Positions 1 through 10,630 of a stretch of DNA of 58,046 nt are shown in pieces. The DNA is taken from the NCBI GenBank assembly GCA_006226305.1, contig SBHG01000117.1, forward strand, positions 1 through 58,046, in the 5' to 3' direction. How positions within the stretch are numbered: position 1 is the first letter of the stretch; each line of letters begins with the position of its first letter. This DNA comes from Alphaproteobacteria bacterium. GTDB lineage: Bacteria > Pseudomonadota > Alphaproteobacteria > M2410. The notes under the pieces are model-generated. The model was not told the DNA's origin. It did no database searches and worked only from the letters and a program-made list of their open reading frames with translations. A program made the position numbers and the translations under genes.

Positions 1-758
1 TTGGTGGCGTGATTGCCGGTATCGACGGTGACAATTTCAAGGTTGGAAGGCTGGAAGTGTTCATTTCCCTCGTCCAGCACATGGGCGCTGAGCCGACTGA
101 GGAGCTCAATGAGGCGCGGAATGGGATTGTCTGCGAGATGCGGATAGGCCACATGGCCTTGCGCGCCCCGCGCGGTCAACCGCGCATTAAGACTGCCGCG
201 CCGACCAATCTTGATCATGTCGCCAAGGGCCCGCTGGCAGGACGGTTCCCCGACGAGAACATGATCAAATCGAATGCCGCGCTTTTCCAGGGCTTCCAGC
301 ATTTTCACCGTGCCATTGACGGCGGGGCCTTCTTCATCACCAGTGATGAGAAAACTGATCGTGCCGGAGAATTGGTTTGAGCGCCCCTCCAGAAAAGACG
401 CCGTCGCACAGACAAAGGCGGCAATCGCGCCTTTCATATCGCAGGCGCCGCGGCCAACCAACTGACCATCCTGAATGACAGCGTCGAAAGGATTGACGCT
501 CCAATTGGCGAGATTGCCGACCGGCACCACGTCTGTGTGGCCGGCAAAACAAAAATGCGGCGAACCCTGTCCGACAGATGCAAAGAGATTGTCAACATCG
601 TCCTGACCCTCTTCGGAAAAGAGCATGCGCTCGCAGCTAAACCCGAGACCCTCCAGGGTTTGCTGCAAACAGTCAAGCGCGCCGGCATCAGCGGGCGTAA
701 CGCTGGGACAACGGATCAGCTCCTGCGCCAGTGAGGCGGGGTCGAGGGCCGCTGTCAT
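1..758 (-). CDS. dapE: Succinyl-diaminopimelate desuccinylase, N-terminal ~252 codons (3' end lies beyond the window edge)
   Basis: Absent from the ORF track because no stop falls inside the window. My own minus-strand translation from the ATG at 758-756 gives [40 protein letters not shown]...[14 protein letters not shown]...GRGACDMKG...ITGDEEG...[14 protein letters not shown]. These are M20 peptidase/DapE motifs. The start lies 6 nt after the dapD stop. Confidence 0.9.
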   Translation of the reverse strand, partial: MTAALDPASLAQELIRCPSVTPADAGALDCLQQTLEGLGFSCERMLFSEEGQDDVDNLFASVGQGSPHFCFAGHTDVVPVGNLANWSVNPFDAVIQDGQLVGRGACDMKGAIAAFVCATASFLEGRSNQFSGTISFLITGDEEGPAVNGTVKMLEALEKRGIRFDHVLVGEPSCQRALGDMIKIGRRGSLNARLTARGAQGHVAYPHLADNPIPRLIELLSRLSAHVLDEGNEHFQPSNLEIVTVDTGNHAT

Positions 759-763
759 GAGGT

Positions 764-1600
764 TCAGTCTCTAAGCAGATCGTTGATGCTGGTCTTGGAC
801 CGCGTACGCTCATCAACGGTTTTGACGATGACGGCACAAGCCAGGCTTGGTGTGCCGACAGGTCCAGGCAAGGTGCCTGGCACAACAACAGAATAGGGCG
901 GGACGGATCCGTAATGAACCTCTCCCGTCTCCCGGTTGATAATCCGCGTTGAGGCGCCAATGAAGACGCCCATGGAAATCACGGAACCTTCACCAACCCG
1001 TACGCCTTCGGCTACTTCCGAACGCGCGCCGATAAAACAATTGTCTTCAATGATCACCGGTCCGGCCTGTAAAGGTTCCAAAACGCCGCCAAGTCCCGTG
1101 CCGCCAGAAATATGACAATTCTTACCCACCTGGGCGCACGAGCCCACCGTCGCCCAAGTGTCGATCATGGTGCCTTCGCCCACGTAGGCGCCCAGGTTGA
1201 CAAAAGAGGGCATCAATACCGCGCCGGGCGCAATAAAGGCGGAGTGGCGCACAATGGCGCCTGGGACGGCACGAAAGCCCGCCTTGCGAAAATCATCCGC
1301 CTGCCAGCCTTCAAACTTGGAGGGGACTTTGTCCCACCACTGAGCCCGCCCCGGCCCGCCGGGAATGGCGCCCATGTCATTGAGGCGAAAAGACAGGAGA
1401 ACAGCCTTCTTCAGCCACTGATTGACCACCCACTCATGGTTGACCTTCTCCGCAACTCTGTATTGGCCTGCGTCAAGCCCGCTGAGAGCCGCTGTGACCG
1501 CCTCGCGGGTCTCGCCCTGGGTATCGAAGGAAATGGCGTCGCGGTCTTCCCAAGCCTGGGAGATGATGCGTTCAAGTTCAGTGGCGGTTTGGCTGGTCAT
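764..1600 (-). CDS. dapD: 2,3,4,5-tetrahydropyridine-2,6-dicarboxylate N-succinyltransferase
   Basis: 278-aa ORF. It has hexapeptide-repeat left-handed beta-helix sequence ([40 protein letters not shown]...[14 protein letters not shown]) and the typical DapD N-terminus. It is adjacent to dapE. Confidence 0.95.
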   Translation of the reverse strand: MTSQTATELERIISQAWEDRDAISFDTQGETREAVTAALSGLDAGQYRVAEKVNHEWVVNQWLKKAVLLSFRLNDMGAIPGGPGRAQWWDKVPSKFEGWQADDFRKAGFRAVPGAIVRHSAFIAPGAVLMPSFVNLGAYVGEGTMIDTWATVGSCAQVGKNCHISGGTGLGGVLEPLQAGPVIIEDNCFIGARSEVAEGVRVGEGSVISMGVFIGASTRIINRETGEVHYGSVPPYSVVVPGTLPGPVGTPSLACAVIVKTVDERTRSKTSINDLLRD

Positions 1601-1662
1601 AGGGGTTTTAAACCTCTTTTTTCATTTTTCTGGCAGGGACCATACAGCCAGGTTTTGCCAAG

Positions 1663-2403
1663 TCAACTCTCCTGATAATCCTCTTCTTCTGCAAGAACCG
1701 CATGCAGAAAATCAGAAATGTCATCGGCATAGTGATGGACATGATCGTGATTGTTGTGATCGAGAATGGAACCTTCCGTCGGGTGGTCCCCCAGCCAGTC
1801 CTTGTGGCTGGCCACCAACACTGTCGACATGCCCATTTTTTCCGGGGAAACCAGATTTCGGGCCATATCCTCAAACATAACGGCGCGCGCTGGCTCGACG
1901 TCGAATTTCTTCACGAAGATTTCGTAGGTGGCATGATTGGGTTTGGGCACATAGCCTGAAGAGGCAATGTCAAAGATCCCATCGAAACAATCGCTGATGC
2001 CAAGTTGTGCGATGACGTTTTCCACATGCCGCTCGGAGCCATTGGTGAAGATCAGCCTGTGTCCCGGCAGGGATTGCAGGGCCTCGGCCAGGTGAGGGTC
2101 GGGCGCAATCACGCTCAAGTCGATATCGTGCACATGGTCCAGAAAATAATTTGGATCCACATTATGCTCCTTCATCAACCCGTTAAGGGTCGTGCCATGG
2201 GCATGCAGATAACTCTTTTGAACTCTTCGGGCCTCTTCATAGGAAAGGTCCAGAAGCTCGGCGATAAACCCGCCCATCTTTTTGTCCATCTGTTCAAAAA
2301 GATTGCAGTGCGATGGGTAAAGCGTGTTGTCGAGATCAAAAATCCAGTAGTCGTGGGCATGTTGATCAAGGCGGCGGCCATGGCCGTTCTTTTGATCAGC
2401 CAT
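1663..2403 (-). CDS. HAD-superfamily pyrimidine 5'-nucleotidase-like hydrolase
   Basis: 246-aa ORF with HAD motif I (FDLDNTLY), motif II (IFTNGS) and a KP...FEDM region. It has a His/Asp/Glu-rich C-terminal tail. Its start overlaps the stop of the upstream ORF by 8 nt. Confidence 0.8.
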   Translation of the reverse strand: MADQKNGHGRRLDQHAHDYWIFDLDNTLYPSHCNLFEQMDKKMGGFIAELLDLSYEEARRVQKSYLHAHGTTLNGLMKEHNVDPNYFLDHVHDIDLSVIAPDPHLAEALQSLPGHRLIFTNGSERHVENVIAQLGISDCFDGIFDIASSGYVPKPNHATYEIFVKKFDVEPARAVMFEDMARNLVSPEKMGMSTVLVASHKDWLGDHPTEGSILDHNNHDHVHHYADDISDFLHAVLAEEEDYQES

Positions 2404-3532
2404 TCACGTCTCCAGAGGATTCTGGCGAAGACGGGGGCTGAACTTCCGCAGCATCTTCTGCCTCGGGCAGGGCTGGCGGCAGTTCCGGCTCGCTGTAATT
2501 ATCCATGGTGAAATAATAGCGTGTGTGGGTTTTGCCTTCTGTGGCCACTTCCACAAAACGGCGCTCTGCATACCCGCGGACCATACAGGAGCCTTCCGAG
2601 TTGATGGAAAAGCGGATGTCATTAACGCAGAATCCGCGCGCCCCGCCCCAGGCATAGAAGTCACCGTTAGGCAGATCCACTTCCGCATAGGCGAAATAGG
2701 AGGACTTGGTCAGTGGGTCCTTGATCACCCTTTTGCATTGCCCCTTGGCAATTTGATACCAGCCCCGGGAGACAAATTGTGGAGGTGAGTCGACGTTGTC
2801 AGCGACAGCGGCAAACAGGTCAAAGTCCGTTGAGTTGCACAGCTCCAGACCCGCCTTTTGAACCTGCGCGTTGGCAACCCGTGCCAGCGCGTCGAACAGT
2901 TCGTTGGTCAGGGCTTCGCCGTCCGGCAATTTATTTTCTTTTTTGAACTTGGTAATCGCCAGGCGTGTTTGACGCCCCATATAGCCGTCAATACCCACCC
3001 GGTCGTAGCCGATATCTTTCAACAGCCGTTGCACGCCTGCGATGCGCGCTTTCTTGTCGTCATATTCAGCGGTTTCGGTAAAGGTATCAGTCCAATCCTT
3101 CGAGCCATCGGTTTCAACCCGGGCGAAGCCGAGAAGCTGTAAGCCCTCCTGCTCGCAATTTGGCGGATTATCCAGTGAGAAGGTGTCCGAACCGGTACAG
3201 AAGAAATAGCGTCCGCCCCAGGCCTTAACACCTCCCACATGTCCGGGGATCGACCGGGCAAAAGTGTAAAAATCCTTTTCGCGCAGATTGTCCTTGATCG
3301 CAGTGGCGCAGGTCCCAGGCTGAATCGTCCACCAGCCCTCGACTTTCCACTTCTTATTGGCTTTCTGGGCGATCGCCGCCTGCAGCATGTAGCTGGTTTC
3401 ATTACATAATTTCAGGGAGGCTTGAGCCGACGGGGAGACAGCAACTGACCCGATCGCGCTTAACGCGATCCCGATCACCAGCTTAAAAAGCCCAGCTTTC
3501 CGCCAGAAACGTCCCATTTGCCTGTTTGACAT
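2396..3532 (-). CDS. Secreted protein with two DUF1036-like modules flanking a peptidoglycan-binding (PG_binding_1-like) domain
   Basis: 378-aa ORF with a signal peptide (ALSAIGSVAVSPSAQA). The LKLCNETSY...GWWTIQPGTC and LELCNSTDF...GWYQIAKGQC modules are duplicated. The central stretch IAGVQRLLKDIGYDRVGIDGYMGRQTRLAITKFKKEN resembles a PG-binding repeat. Confidence 0.75.
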   Translation of the reverse strand: MSNRQMGRFWRKAGLFKLVIGIALSAIGSVAVSPSAQASLKLCNETSYMLQAAIAQKANKKWKVEGWWTIQPGTCATAIKDNLREKDFYTFARSIPGHVGGVKAWGGRYFFCTGSDTFSLDNPPNCEQEGLQLLGFARVETDGSKDWTDTFTETAEYDDKKARIAGVQRLLKDIGYDRVGIDGYMGRQTRLAITKFKKENKLPDGEALTNELFDALARVANAQVQKAGLELCNSTDFDLFAAVADNVDSPPQFVSRGWYQIAKGQCKRVIKDPLTKSSYFAYAEVDLPNGDFYAWGGARGFCVNDIRFSINSEGSCMVRGYAERRFVEVATEGKTHTRYYFTMDNYSEPELPPALPEAEDAAEVQPPSSPESSGDVNG

Positions 3533-3629
3533 CCCCTAAAAATAAACCTCTGTGCCCCGCCAGGAAAAGTGTCAAATTTGTAAGGCGCGCGCAAGTGCCA
3601 TCCCTAACCCAAAAACCTCAAGAAAGGCT

Positions 3630-4562
3630 TTAAGTCTCTGCCGTAATAAGGGTGCCCGCCCCCTGGTCTGTAAACAGCTCAAGCAAAAGCGCGTGGGGCA
3701 CCCGGCCGTCCAAGATGACCACTGCCTCGACGCCGCTTTCAATGGCCGCCACGGCGGTTCGGATTTTCGGGATCATGCCGCCTGAAATGGTGCCGTCCTT
3801 AATCAGCATTTCAGCGCGCTCGGCATTGATCTGGGCAATCAGATTGCCGTCCTTGTCGAGCACACCCGGCACATCGGTCAGCAGGAACAGCCGTTTGGCG
3901 GCCAGCTCACCGGCCACCGCGCCGGCCACCGTATCCGCATTGATGTTGTAGGTTTCGCCGGTTGCACTCACGCCGATGGGCGCCACCACCGGAATCAGGT
4001 CTGAATCGATAATGGTCTCAAGCACGTCGCCATTGACGGTTTCCGGCTCGCCGACAAAGCCGAGATCCAGAATACGTTCGATATTGGAGTCCGGGTCTTT
4101 CTGGGTCCGGTGTAATTTGCGGGCAATAATCATATTGCCATCCTTGCCAGACAGACCCACCGCCTTGCCGCCCTGGGCGGAAATGGCACTTACGATCTGT
4201 TTGTTGATCTTGCCCGCCAGAACCATTTCGACGACCTCAACGGTTGCCTTGTCGGTCACCCGCAGGCCGTCGACAAAATCACTCTCGATCGACAACCGCT
4301 TCAACATATCGCCAATCTGCGGGCCCCCGCCGTGAACGATCACCGGATTGATCCCGACCTGCTTGAGCACCACGATATCGCGGGCAAAGTCATGCGCCAG
4401 CCGCTCATTGCCCATGGCATGCCCACCGTATTTGATAACGATGGTCTCCCGATCATAACGCAGGAGAAAGGGCAAAGCCTCGGTCAAAACCTTGGCGGTG
4501 GTCAGCCACTCCTTGGCCGAGCGCCGTGTACCTTTTTTGTCTGTTTGAGAACTGTCATTCAT
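3630..4562 (-). CDS. argB: Acetylglutamate kinase
   Basis: 310-aa ORF with amino-acid kinase motifs ([39 protein letters not shown]). Confidence 0.95.
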   Translation of the reverse strand: MNDSSQTDKKGTRRSAKEWLTTAKVLTEALPFLLRYDRETIVIKYGGHAMGNERLAHDFARDIVVLKQVGINPVIVHGGGPQIGDMLKRLSIESDFVDGLRVTDKATVEVVEMVLAGKINKQIVSAISAQGGKAVGLSGKDGNMIIARKLHRTQKDPDSNIERILDLGFVGEPETVNGDVLETIIDSDLIPVVAPIGVSATGETYNINADTVAGAVAGELAAKRLFLLTDVPGVLDKDGNLIAQINAERAEMLIKDGTISGGMIPKIRTAVAAIESGVEAVVILDGRVPHALLLELFTDQGAGTLITAET

Positions 4563-4588
4563 TTTCGGGATCAGTCCAAAGAGTTGTT

Positions 4589-5254
4589 TTAAGTTGCTTT
4601 ATACGGGATCTGGGACCAGTCCGCCAAGGCCGCAAGTTCAGCCCTGAGCTCTTCGATGCCGGTTTTCTTTTCGGAGGAGGTGATCATGACCTCAGGATGG
4701 GCCGCCGGTCGGCGGGCGATCTTCTTTTGTGTGGCTTCTGTGATTTTGCCCAGTTGACCCGCTTTCAATTTATCGGCCTTTGTCAGCACCACCTGATAGG
4801 TCACCGCCGCCACGTCCAGCATGTCCATCATTTCAAGATCGCTGTCTTTCAGCCCGTGGCGGCTGTCAACAAGAATAAGGATCCTTTGCAAGGTGGGTCG
4901 CCCAGCCAGATAAGCCTTTAAAAGTCGCACCCAGTTTTCCGCCACCGCACGCTCCACGCGCGCATAACCATAGCCGGGCAGGTCGACCAGATAGAGCCCT
5001 CCGGTCAACTCAAAGAAGTTGAGCTCTCGTGTGCGGCCGGGTGTGTTGGAGGTGCGCGCCAGTGTGTTGCGGCCAGTCAAGGCATTGACCAGGCTGGATT
5101 TGCCCACATTGGAGCGCCCGGCAAAGGCAATCTCGGGCCGGTCGGCGGGGGGCAGACCCTTTAGCGCCACCACGCCTTTGACAAAGGTGCACTCTTGCGC
5201 GAAGAGCCAGCGGCCCCGCTCCAAATCGTCCGCACTGTAGGGGTTCGGTTCCAA
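4589..5254 (-). CDS. engB: Ribosome-biogenesis GTPase YihA/EngB
   Basis: 221-aa ORF with G1 (GRSNVGKSS), G3 (DLPGYG) and G4 (TKADK) motifs. It sits in the conserved position downstream of yidC. Confidence 0.92.
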   Translation of the reverse strand: MEPNPYSADDLERGRWLFAQECTFVKGVVALKGLPPADRPEIAFAGRSNVGKSSLVNALTGRNTLARTSNTPGRTRELNFFELTGGLYLVDLPGYGYARVERAVAENWVRLLKAYLAGRPTLQRILILVDSRHGLKDSDLEMMDMLDVAAVTYQVVLTKADKLKAGQLGKITEATQKKIARRPAAHPEVMITSSEKKTGIEELRAELAALADWSQIPYKAT

Positions 5255-5280
5255 AATAACGTGATCGGGGCCAGGGCGGA

Positions 5281-7125
5281 TTACTCCGCCTTGTCCCCGT
5301 GCTCCGCTGAAGCCTTGGCGCCGGCAAAGCGGGCGCGCAATTTGTCGATACCCAGGTTTTTGGTCAGCTCCACCTCAACCCCGTTACGCCGCATCATCAC
5401 ATACTGCTGTAGGATCGACAGCGTGTTGTTCCAGGCCCAGTAGATGACGAGGCCAACGGAGAACTGCGACAGCATGACGGTGAACATGATCGGCATGAAC
5501 ATGAAGACTTTTTCTTGTATCGGGTCCTGCGGCGCCGGGTTCATCCGCATCTGGATAAACATGGTAATCCCCATGATGAGCGGCCAGGCGCCAAGGGCAA
5601 GTGTCGTGCCCAGCAAGGGCCAGCCGCTTGGGTCAAAAGGCAAAAGGCCAAACAGATTCCAGAGGTAAGTGGGGTCAGCAAGCGACAGGTCCTGCACCCA
5701 GCCAAAGAAGGGGGCCTGGCGCATTTCAATCGTAACAAACAGAACTTTGTAGAAGGCAAAGAAGACCGGGATCTGCACAACGATCGGCAGACAGCCCGCC
5801 ATGGGGTTAATCTGTTCGCGCTTATAAAGCTCCATGATCTCTTGCTGCTGCTTCACCTTGTCGTCCGCATAACGCTCGCGCAGACGCATCATTTCCGGTT
5901 GAACCTTTTTCATTTGGCTCATGGATTTGTATTGCTTATTGGCAAGCGGGAAGAACAAAAGCTTCAAGAGCACCGTGGTGAAAATAATGGCGATGCCAAA
6001 ATTGCCGATCAACTTGCCCAGATAGTCCAGCACCTGGAAAAGGGGCCGAGTGAAAATCTTGAACAGACCCCAGTCGATGGCAAAATCAAACATCGGGATC
6101 GACAACTCGTCACGATATTTAACAAGCAACGCATTCTCTTTGGCGCCGGCAAAGAACCGGTTGGAGACTTCCGTGCGGCCCCCCGGAGCGACCGTATAGC
6201 CTTGCTTGTAAAGAAACTGAGACCGGAACCGCTCGCGGCCGCCGCTTTGACGGTCCGAAAAGCTGAAGGTGCTTAAGGCTGCCTGATCGGGGATCAGCGC
6301 CGTCAGCCAATATTTGTCCGTAAAGCCCAGCCAGCCACCGGTCGCCTCAAAATCAGAGGGGCCATCGTCGCGCGAGTCTTTATAAGTGATCTCCTCCAGG
6401 CGGCCATCGATGACGCCGAGAAAACCCTCATGCAAAATATAAAAGTGACGACTGTCCGGCTCGTCATAACGGGAGATACGCCCATAGGGAAACAGGCGAA
6501 CGGTCTTGTCGCCATTATTTTCCACGGTCTGACGCACCGTGAACATGTAATTCTCGTCAATCGAGATAAAGCGGCGGAAGGTCAGCCCCTGGCCATTTTC
6601 CCAGAAAATCTCGACCGGGCTTTGGGTCGTGAGCGCCCCTGAGCCACGCTGTTGCCAAAGAGACTCTTTCGTCGGGACCTTGACGCCGGACCCACTTTCA
6701 GGCGCCCATCCAAAGTCAGCAAAATAAGGATGCGCTGCCTCCATTGGGGTAAGCAGCGAAACATTGGGGCTCTCCGGGTCAACTGTTTCACGATAGGCCT
6801 TCAGTGTCAGATCATCAATTCGCGCGCCCTTCAGGGCAATCGAGCCTGATAGCTTGTCCGAATCGACGACCAGTCGCGGCGACGGCGCAGACGTTATCGG
6901 CGCGGTCGGTGCCTCCTCAGACGGGATTTCGCTGGCGGCCTCGGTTTGGGCGATCGGTTGGCCCACCACATCCGGAATCTCATCGCTGGTTTGTTGGAGC
7001 GCCTGTTCCTGCGCCTGGCGGGCCTGCTCCTCTTTCATCTTCGGGCCGGTTACAAAAAAGCTCCAGAGCAGGAGAATGGCGCCGGACAAGACGAGGGCAA
7101 GAATGAGATTGCGGTTTTCTTCCAT
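5281..7125 (-). CDS. yidC: Membrane protein insertase YidC
   Basis: The ORF is open to 7209. The likely start is the ATG at 7125 (MEENRNLILALVLSGAILLLW, the TM1 anchor). It has a large periplasmic domain followed by the conserved C-terminal 5-TM core (NPMAGCLPIVVQIPVFFAFYKVL). Confidence 0.93.
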   Translation of the reverse strand: MEENRNLILALVLSGAILLLWSFFVTGPKMKEEQARQAQEQALQQTSDEIPDVVGQPIAQTEAASEIPSEEAPTAPITSAPSPRLVVDSDKLSGSIALKGARIDDLTLKAYRETVDPESPNVSLLTPMEAAHPYFADFGWAPESGSGVKVPTKESLWQQRGSGALTTQSPVEIFWENGQGLTFRRFISIDENYMFTVRQTVENNGDKTVRLFPYGRISRYDEPDSRHFYILHEGFLGVIDGRLEEITYKDSRDDGPSDFEATGGWLGFTDKYWLTALIPDQAALSTFSFSDRQSGGRERFRSQFLYKQGYTVAPGGRTEVSNRFFAGAKENALLVKYRDELSIPMFDFAIDWGLFKIFTRPLFQVLDYLGKLIGNFGIAIIFTTVLLKLLFFPLANKQYKSMSQMKKVQPEMMRLRERYADDKVKQQQEIMELYKREQINPMAGCLPIVVQIPVFFAFYKVLFVTIEMRQAPFFGWVQDLSLADPTYLWNLFGLLPFDPSGWPLLGTTLALGAWPLIMGITMFIQMRMNPAPQDPIQEKVFMFMPIMFTVMLSQFSVGLVIYWAWNNTLSILQQYVMMRRNGVEVELTKNLGIDKLRARFAGAKASAEHGDKAE

Positions 7126-7139
7126 GGGATCAGGGTCTC

Positions 7140-7472
7140 TTAAGCTTCTTTCATCGGCTGATCTGGCGCCGGGGAGGTCATTGATGTCGGGTGAATGTGA
7201 TGACGGCAAGGTGGCACCGGGTCATAACCGGACCCGCCTCCCAGCCATTCATTGGGGTGACAGCGAGCCAGACGCTTGAGAGCGAGCCAGCTGCCACGAA
7301 AGGGTCCGTGTACCTCGAGGGCCTCCAGCGCATAGGATGAGCAGCTGGGTTCGTAGCGGCAGGACGGAGGCAGCAGAGGTGAGATCAGGATCTGATATCC
7401 TCTCACCAGCACTTTCAGCGCAAACTGAAGTCCGGATCTCAGGGCGCGCCAGAACGCGCTTACTATTCTCAT
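7140..7472 (-). CDS. yidD: Membrane protein insertion efficiency factor YidD
   Basis: 110-aa ORF with the [27 protein letters not shown]...RCHP...GGSGYDPVP signature. It overlaps the rnpA stop by 4 nt and has a ~25-aa C-terminal extension. Confidence 0.9.
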   Translation of the reverse strand: MRIVSAFWRALRSGLQFALKVLVRGYQILISPLLPPSCRYEPSCSSYALEALEVHGPFRGSWLALKRLARCHPNEWLGGGSGYDPVPPCRHHIHPTSMTSPAPDQPMKEA

Positions 7473-7864
7473 TGGGTTGGCTCTCTCCGGCGATTTGGGC
7501 TACGAGGGTTAGAGATCATTTGGAGAGCCTTTTCAAGGTCGTCAAGCAACTCAGGGAAACTTCGTGTGAGTGTGGCCTGTCGGGCAATCAGCACATAGTC
7601 GTAGCCGGGACGGGCCTTTGTCATCAGGATCTCCTGCGCGGCGGCGCGCAGGCGCCGTTTTGCACGGGTTCGGGCCACTGCATTGCCAACTTTTCGGCTG
7701 GCCGTAAAACCGACCCGGGCCTTTGACGGCTCGAGTTGGCCATCCGCTCTTTCCTGGGGCGCCATCTGCAAAACCAGCCCCGGGCGCGCCACTTTGCGCC
7801 CACGGGCAACCCGCAGGAAGTCAGCACGTTTTCTAAGGCGTGGAAATGACCTGGAAAGGCTCAT
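7469..7864 (-). CDS. rnpA: Ribonuclease P protein component
   Basis: 131-aa basic protein ([10 protein letters not shown]...[22 protein letters not shown]) located between rpmH and yidD. Confidence 0.9.
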   Translation of the reverse strand: MSLSRSFPRLRKRADFLRVARGRKVARPGLVLQMAPQERADGQLEPSKARVGFTASRKVGNAVARTRAKRRLRAAAQEILMTKARPGYDYVLIARQATLTRSFPELLDDLEKALQMISNPRSPNRRREPTQ

Positions 7865-7931
7865 GGGCGCGGGACCTTTAGCGTTTAACCCCGCCCGTCC
7901 CGCTCCAATTAACAGAGCAGACAGCGGAAAG

Positions 7932-8066
7932 TTAGGCGCTCAGGCGCTTGCGGCCTTTGGCGCGGCGACGGGCCAGCACTTTTTGACCACCCAGAGTGGC
8001 TTTGCGGGCGCGAAAACCGTGACGACGCTTGCGCACGAGGCGGCTCGGCTGAAAAGTGCGTTTCAT
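7932..8066 (-). CDS. rpmH: 50S ribosomal protein L34
   Basis: The last 44 codons of ORF 7932-8282 read [44 protein letters not shown], which is canonical L34. The ATG is at 8066-8064. Confidence 0.95.
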   Translation of the reverse strand: MKRTFQPSRLVRKRRHGFRARKATLGGQKVLARRRAKGRKRLSA

Positions 8067-8410
8067 GTGCCTAACTCCTAAACGCGCCGGTTTCGGCGGT
8101 TTTCTGCCAAAATTTGGGGCTGCCAAGGGGCGCCGCCAATAAGTTTCAGCAGGCTGGTTGAATTTGAAGGCCGGTGTATAGAGCCTCCCTTCCGGGAAGT
8201 CAACGCCAAGCGCCCCGGATTCAGGGCAAAAATGAGAGGATCGGGGCAAAAAAATTGCCCGAGCCCCATCACATTGGCTCACACTTCGGTGAGGGGGTCT
8301 ATCATTTGCCGCCCCGAGTGGTAAAGAAGAGCTCGTGAACTTAAGATTTGGCAGTTTTCAGGGAGTTTCTCTGAGGCTCCGGTCCTTAAAAAGAAGTGAG
8401 CCTGCGTCCT

Positions 8411-9157
8411 ATGTCCAACTTACCTGCAGCCGACCCTGAGGGGAAAGCCTCCCGAGTGAAGCGCTTTTTGCCGCTCCTGGTGATTGTGGCGGCTCTGGCC
8501 GCTTTTTTTGCCCTCGGCCTCGATGATTATTTTTCCCAAAGTGCCTTGCAGGAGAACCATGCGGCGCTAAAGGCCTTTGCCGCCCGATGGGGTCTTTTGG
8601 CTGTGGCGCTGTTCATTGTGATCTACGCAGCGGCGGTATCGATCTCGTTCCCTGGAGCCTCGCTCCTGACCATCTTTGCCGGGTTCATGTTCGGCACCTT
8701 GGTCGGTGGCACCGCCGTGGTGATCGGCGCCACCCTCGGCGCCACGATCATTTTTCTGATTGCGCGCACCGCCCTGGGTCAGTCCTTGCGTGAAAAAGCG
8801 GGGTCGTCCCTTCAGAAGTTCGAGGCGGGCTTCAAACAAGGCGAGCTCTCGTACATGTTGATCCTGCGCCTGGTCCCACTCTTTCCCTTCTGGCTTGTTA
8901 ATCTGGCGCCTGCCTTCTTGGGCGTTTCCACCCGCAACTATGTGATCGCGACCTTCATCGGCATTATGCCGGCCACCTATGTTTTTGCCTCGGCCGGGGA
9001 CGTCGGGTCAAAGGCCATAGAGCGCGGCGAAGACCTCACGCTGACAGGGCTCCTCAGCGACCCCAAGGTTTTGTTCCTCATCGGCGGATTGATCGTGCTG
9101 GCGCTCATTCCGGTCATCTATAAGAAGGTGACTGGCAACAAAGGAGCCCGAGCATGA
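8411..9157 (+). CDS. TVP38/TMEM64 (DedA-related) family membrane protein
   Basis: The ORF runs from a GTG at 8396, and the first ATG is at 8411. It has multiple TM helices and the RLVPLFPFWLVNLAPAFLGV motif. It shares a 4-nt ATGA overlap with the downstream oxidoreductase, a pairing I recall from other bacteria. Confidence 0.8.
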   Translation: MSNLPAADPEGKASRVKRFLPLLVIVAALAAFFALGLDDYFSQSALQENHAALKAFAARWGLLAVALFIVIYAAAVSISFPGASLLTIFAGFMFGTLVGGTAVVIGATLGATIIFLIARTALGQSLREKAGSSLQKFEAGFKQGELSYMLILRLVPLFPFWLVNLAPAFLGVSTRNYVIATFIGIMPATYVFASAGDVGSKAIERGEDLTLTGLLSDPKVLFLIGGLIVLALIPVIYKKVTGNKGARA

Positions 9158-10578
9158 AAGAAATCAAAGCCGATATCTGCGTGATTGGCGCGGGCTCGGG
9201 CGGATTGACCGTCGCCTCCGGCGCGGCGCAAATGGGCCTTTCGTGCGTGCTGATCGAAAAGGGCGCCATGGGTGGGGATTGCCTCAACACAGGATGTGTG
9301 CCCTCAAAAGCTCTGCTCGCGGCTGCGTCCTATATCGAAGGCGCCAAAAAAGGGCCGCGTTACAATCAGCCTGAATTGAAAGCGGCGCCTGATTTCGCGG
9401 GAGCCATGGAACACGTGGCCAGTGTCATCAAGAAAATTGAACCTCACGATTCTGTTGAGCGGTTCGAGGGGCTTGGTGTGAATGTCATCAAAGGCGCTGC
9501 CACTTTCAAAGATCCGCATACGGTTGAAACAGAAGACACACGTGTTCGCGCGAAGAAATTTGTCATCGCTACCGGATCTGAGCCTTTTGTGCCACCCATT
9601 GAGGGGCTCGCGGACACGCCTTACCTGACAAATGAAACCATTTTCGAGAACCGCGAAGCACCTCGCCACCTGATTGTCATCGGCGGTGGCCCCATCGGCC
9701 TTGAGATGGCGCAGGCCCATCGCCGCCTCGGCGCTGAGGTGACGGTTCTAGAAGGCAAAAAGATCCTGCCTAAAGACGATCCGGAAATGGTCGCGATCCT
9801 GCGCGTGGCTCTGGCGGAAGAAGGGGTCACCCTTCTGGAGGCCGCCTCGGTTAGCCGGGTCGGCGGCCAGGCCGGATCGGTGACGGTTACCTTTTCGCGC
9901 GATGGGGGAGAGGAAACCCTTGAGGGGTCTCATATTCTTGTGGCGACCGGGCGAAGACCGGCCACCTCGAACCTGGGCCTTGAAGTGGCGGGCGTTGAGC
10001 TCGAAGGCGCGGCTGTTAAGGTGGACGCACGTCTGCGCACTTCGCAAAAACACATCTTTGCCATTGGCGATGTCATTGGCGGACTTCAATTTACGCATGT
10101 TGCCAATTATGAGGCGGGCATTGTTATCCGCAACGCCTTGTTCAAGCTTCCTGCGAAAGTCTCTTATAGGGCCGCGCCATGGGTGACCTATACCGACCCG
10201 CCGGTGGGGCAGGTCGGTATGACCGAACAGATCGCTCGCCAAAGACATGGAGATAAAATCCGTATACTGCGCAGTGACTTTTGTGAAAATGACCGGGCCA
10301 CCGCTGAAAAGGAAACAGAAGGCTTCCTCAAAGTCATTGCCACATCCAAAGGTGAAATCCTCGGCGCTTCTGTTGTCGGCAAAGGAGCTGAAGAGATAAT
10401 CAACATGTGGTCTTTGGCCATGTCTGCCGGGCTCAAGATGAGCGCCATGGCGTCTTACATTTCGCCTTACCCGACACGGGGTGAAATTTCAAAGCGTGCC
10501 GCGGGCGCCTATTTCACGCCTTCTCTTTATTCCGGAAAGGTAAGATTTCTTGTAAAACTCCTATCCAAATTCGGGTAG
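9154..10578 (+). CDS. FAD-dependent pyridine nucleotide-disulfide oxidoreductase (dihydrolipoyl dehydrogenase/mercuric-reductase-like)
   Basis: 474-aa ORF with an FAD fold (DICVIGAGSGG), a redox-active disulfide (GGDCLNTGCVPSK), an NAD fold (VIGGGPIGLE) and a C-terminal dimerisation domain. Confidence 0.88.
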   Translation: MKEIKADICVIGAGSGGLTVASGAAQMGLSCVLIEKGAMGGDCLNTGCVPSKALLAAASYIEGAKKGPRYNQPELKAAPDFAGAMEHVASVIKKIEPHDSVERFEGLGVNVIKGAATFKDPHTVETEDTRVRAKKFVIATGSEPFVPPIEGLADTPYLTNETIFENREAPRHLIVIGGGPIGLEMAQAHRRLGAEVTVLEGKKILPKDDPEMVAILRVALAEEGVTLLEAASVSRVGGQAGSVTVTFSRDGGEETLEGSHILVATGRRPATSNLGLEVAGVELEGAAVKVDARLRTSQKHIFAIGDVIGGLQFTHVANYEAGIVIRNALFKLPAKVSYRAAPWVTYTDPPVGQVGMTEQIARQRHGDKIRILRSDFCENDRATAEKETEGFLKVIATSKGEILGASVVGKGAEEIINMWSLAMSAGLKMSAMASYISPYPTRGEISKRAAGAYFTPSLYSGKVRFLVKLLSKFG

Positions 10579-10630
10579 GTTTGAGTTTAAAGATACTTTA
10601 GGGCGCATCGGCGAGATTTGAGAAACCTGC

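Noticed and set aside
5515-6276. 253-aa plus-strand ORF inside yidC
   Set aside because: It is an antisense shadow ORF with a low-complexity basic sequence, and yidC occupies the opposite strand with conserved motifs.
7932-8282. 116-aa ORF extending rpmH upstream
   Set aside because: Only the last 44 codons match L34, which is a universally ~44-46-aa protein. The upstream 72 codons have no coding character and run into the promoter region.
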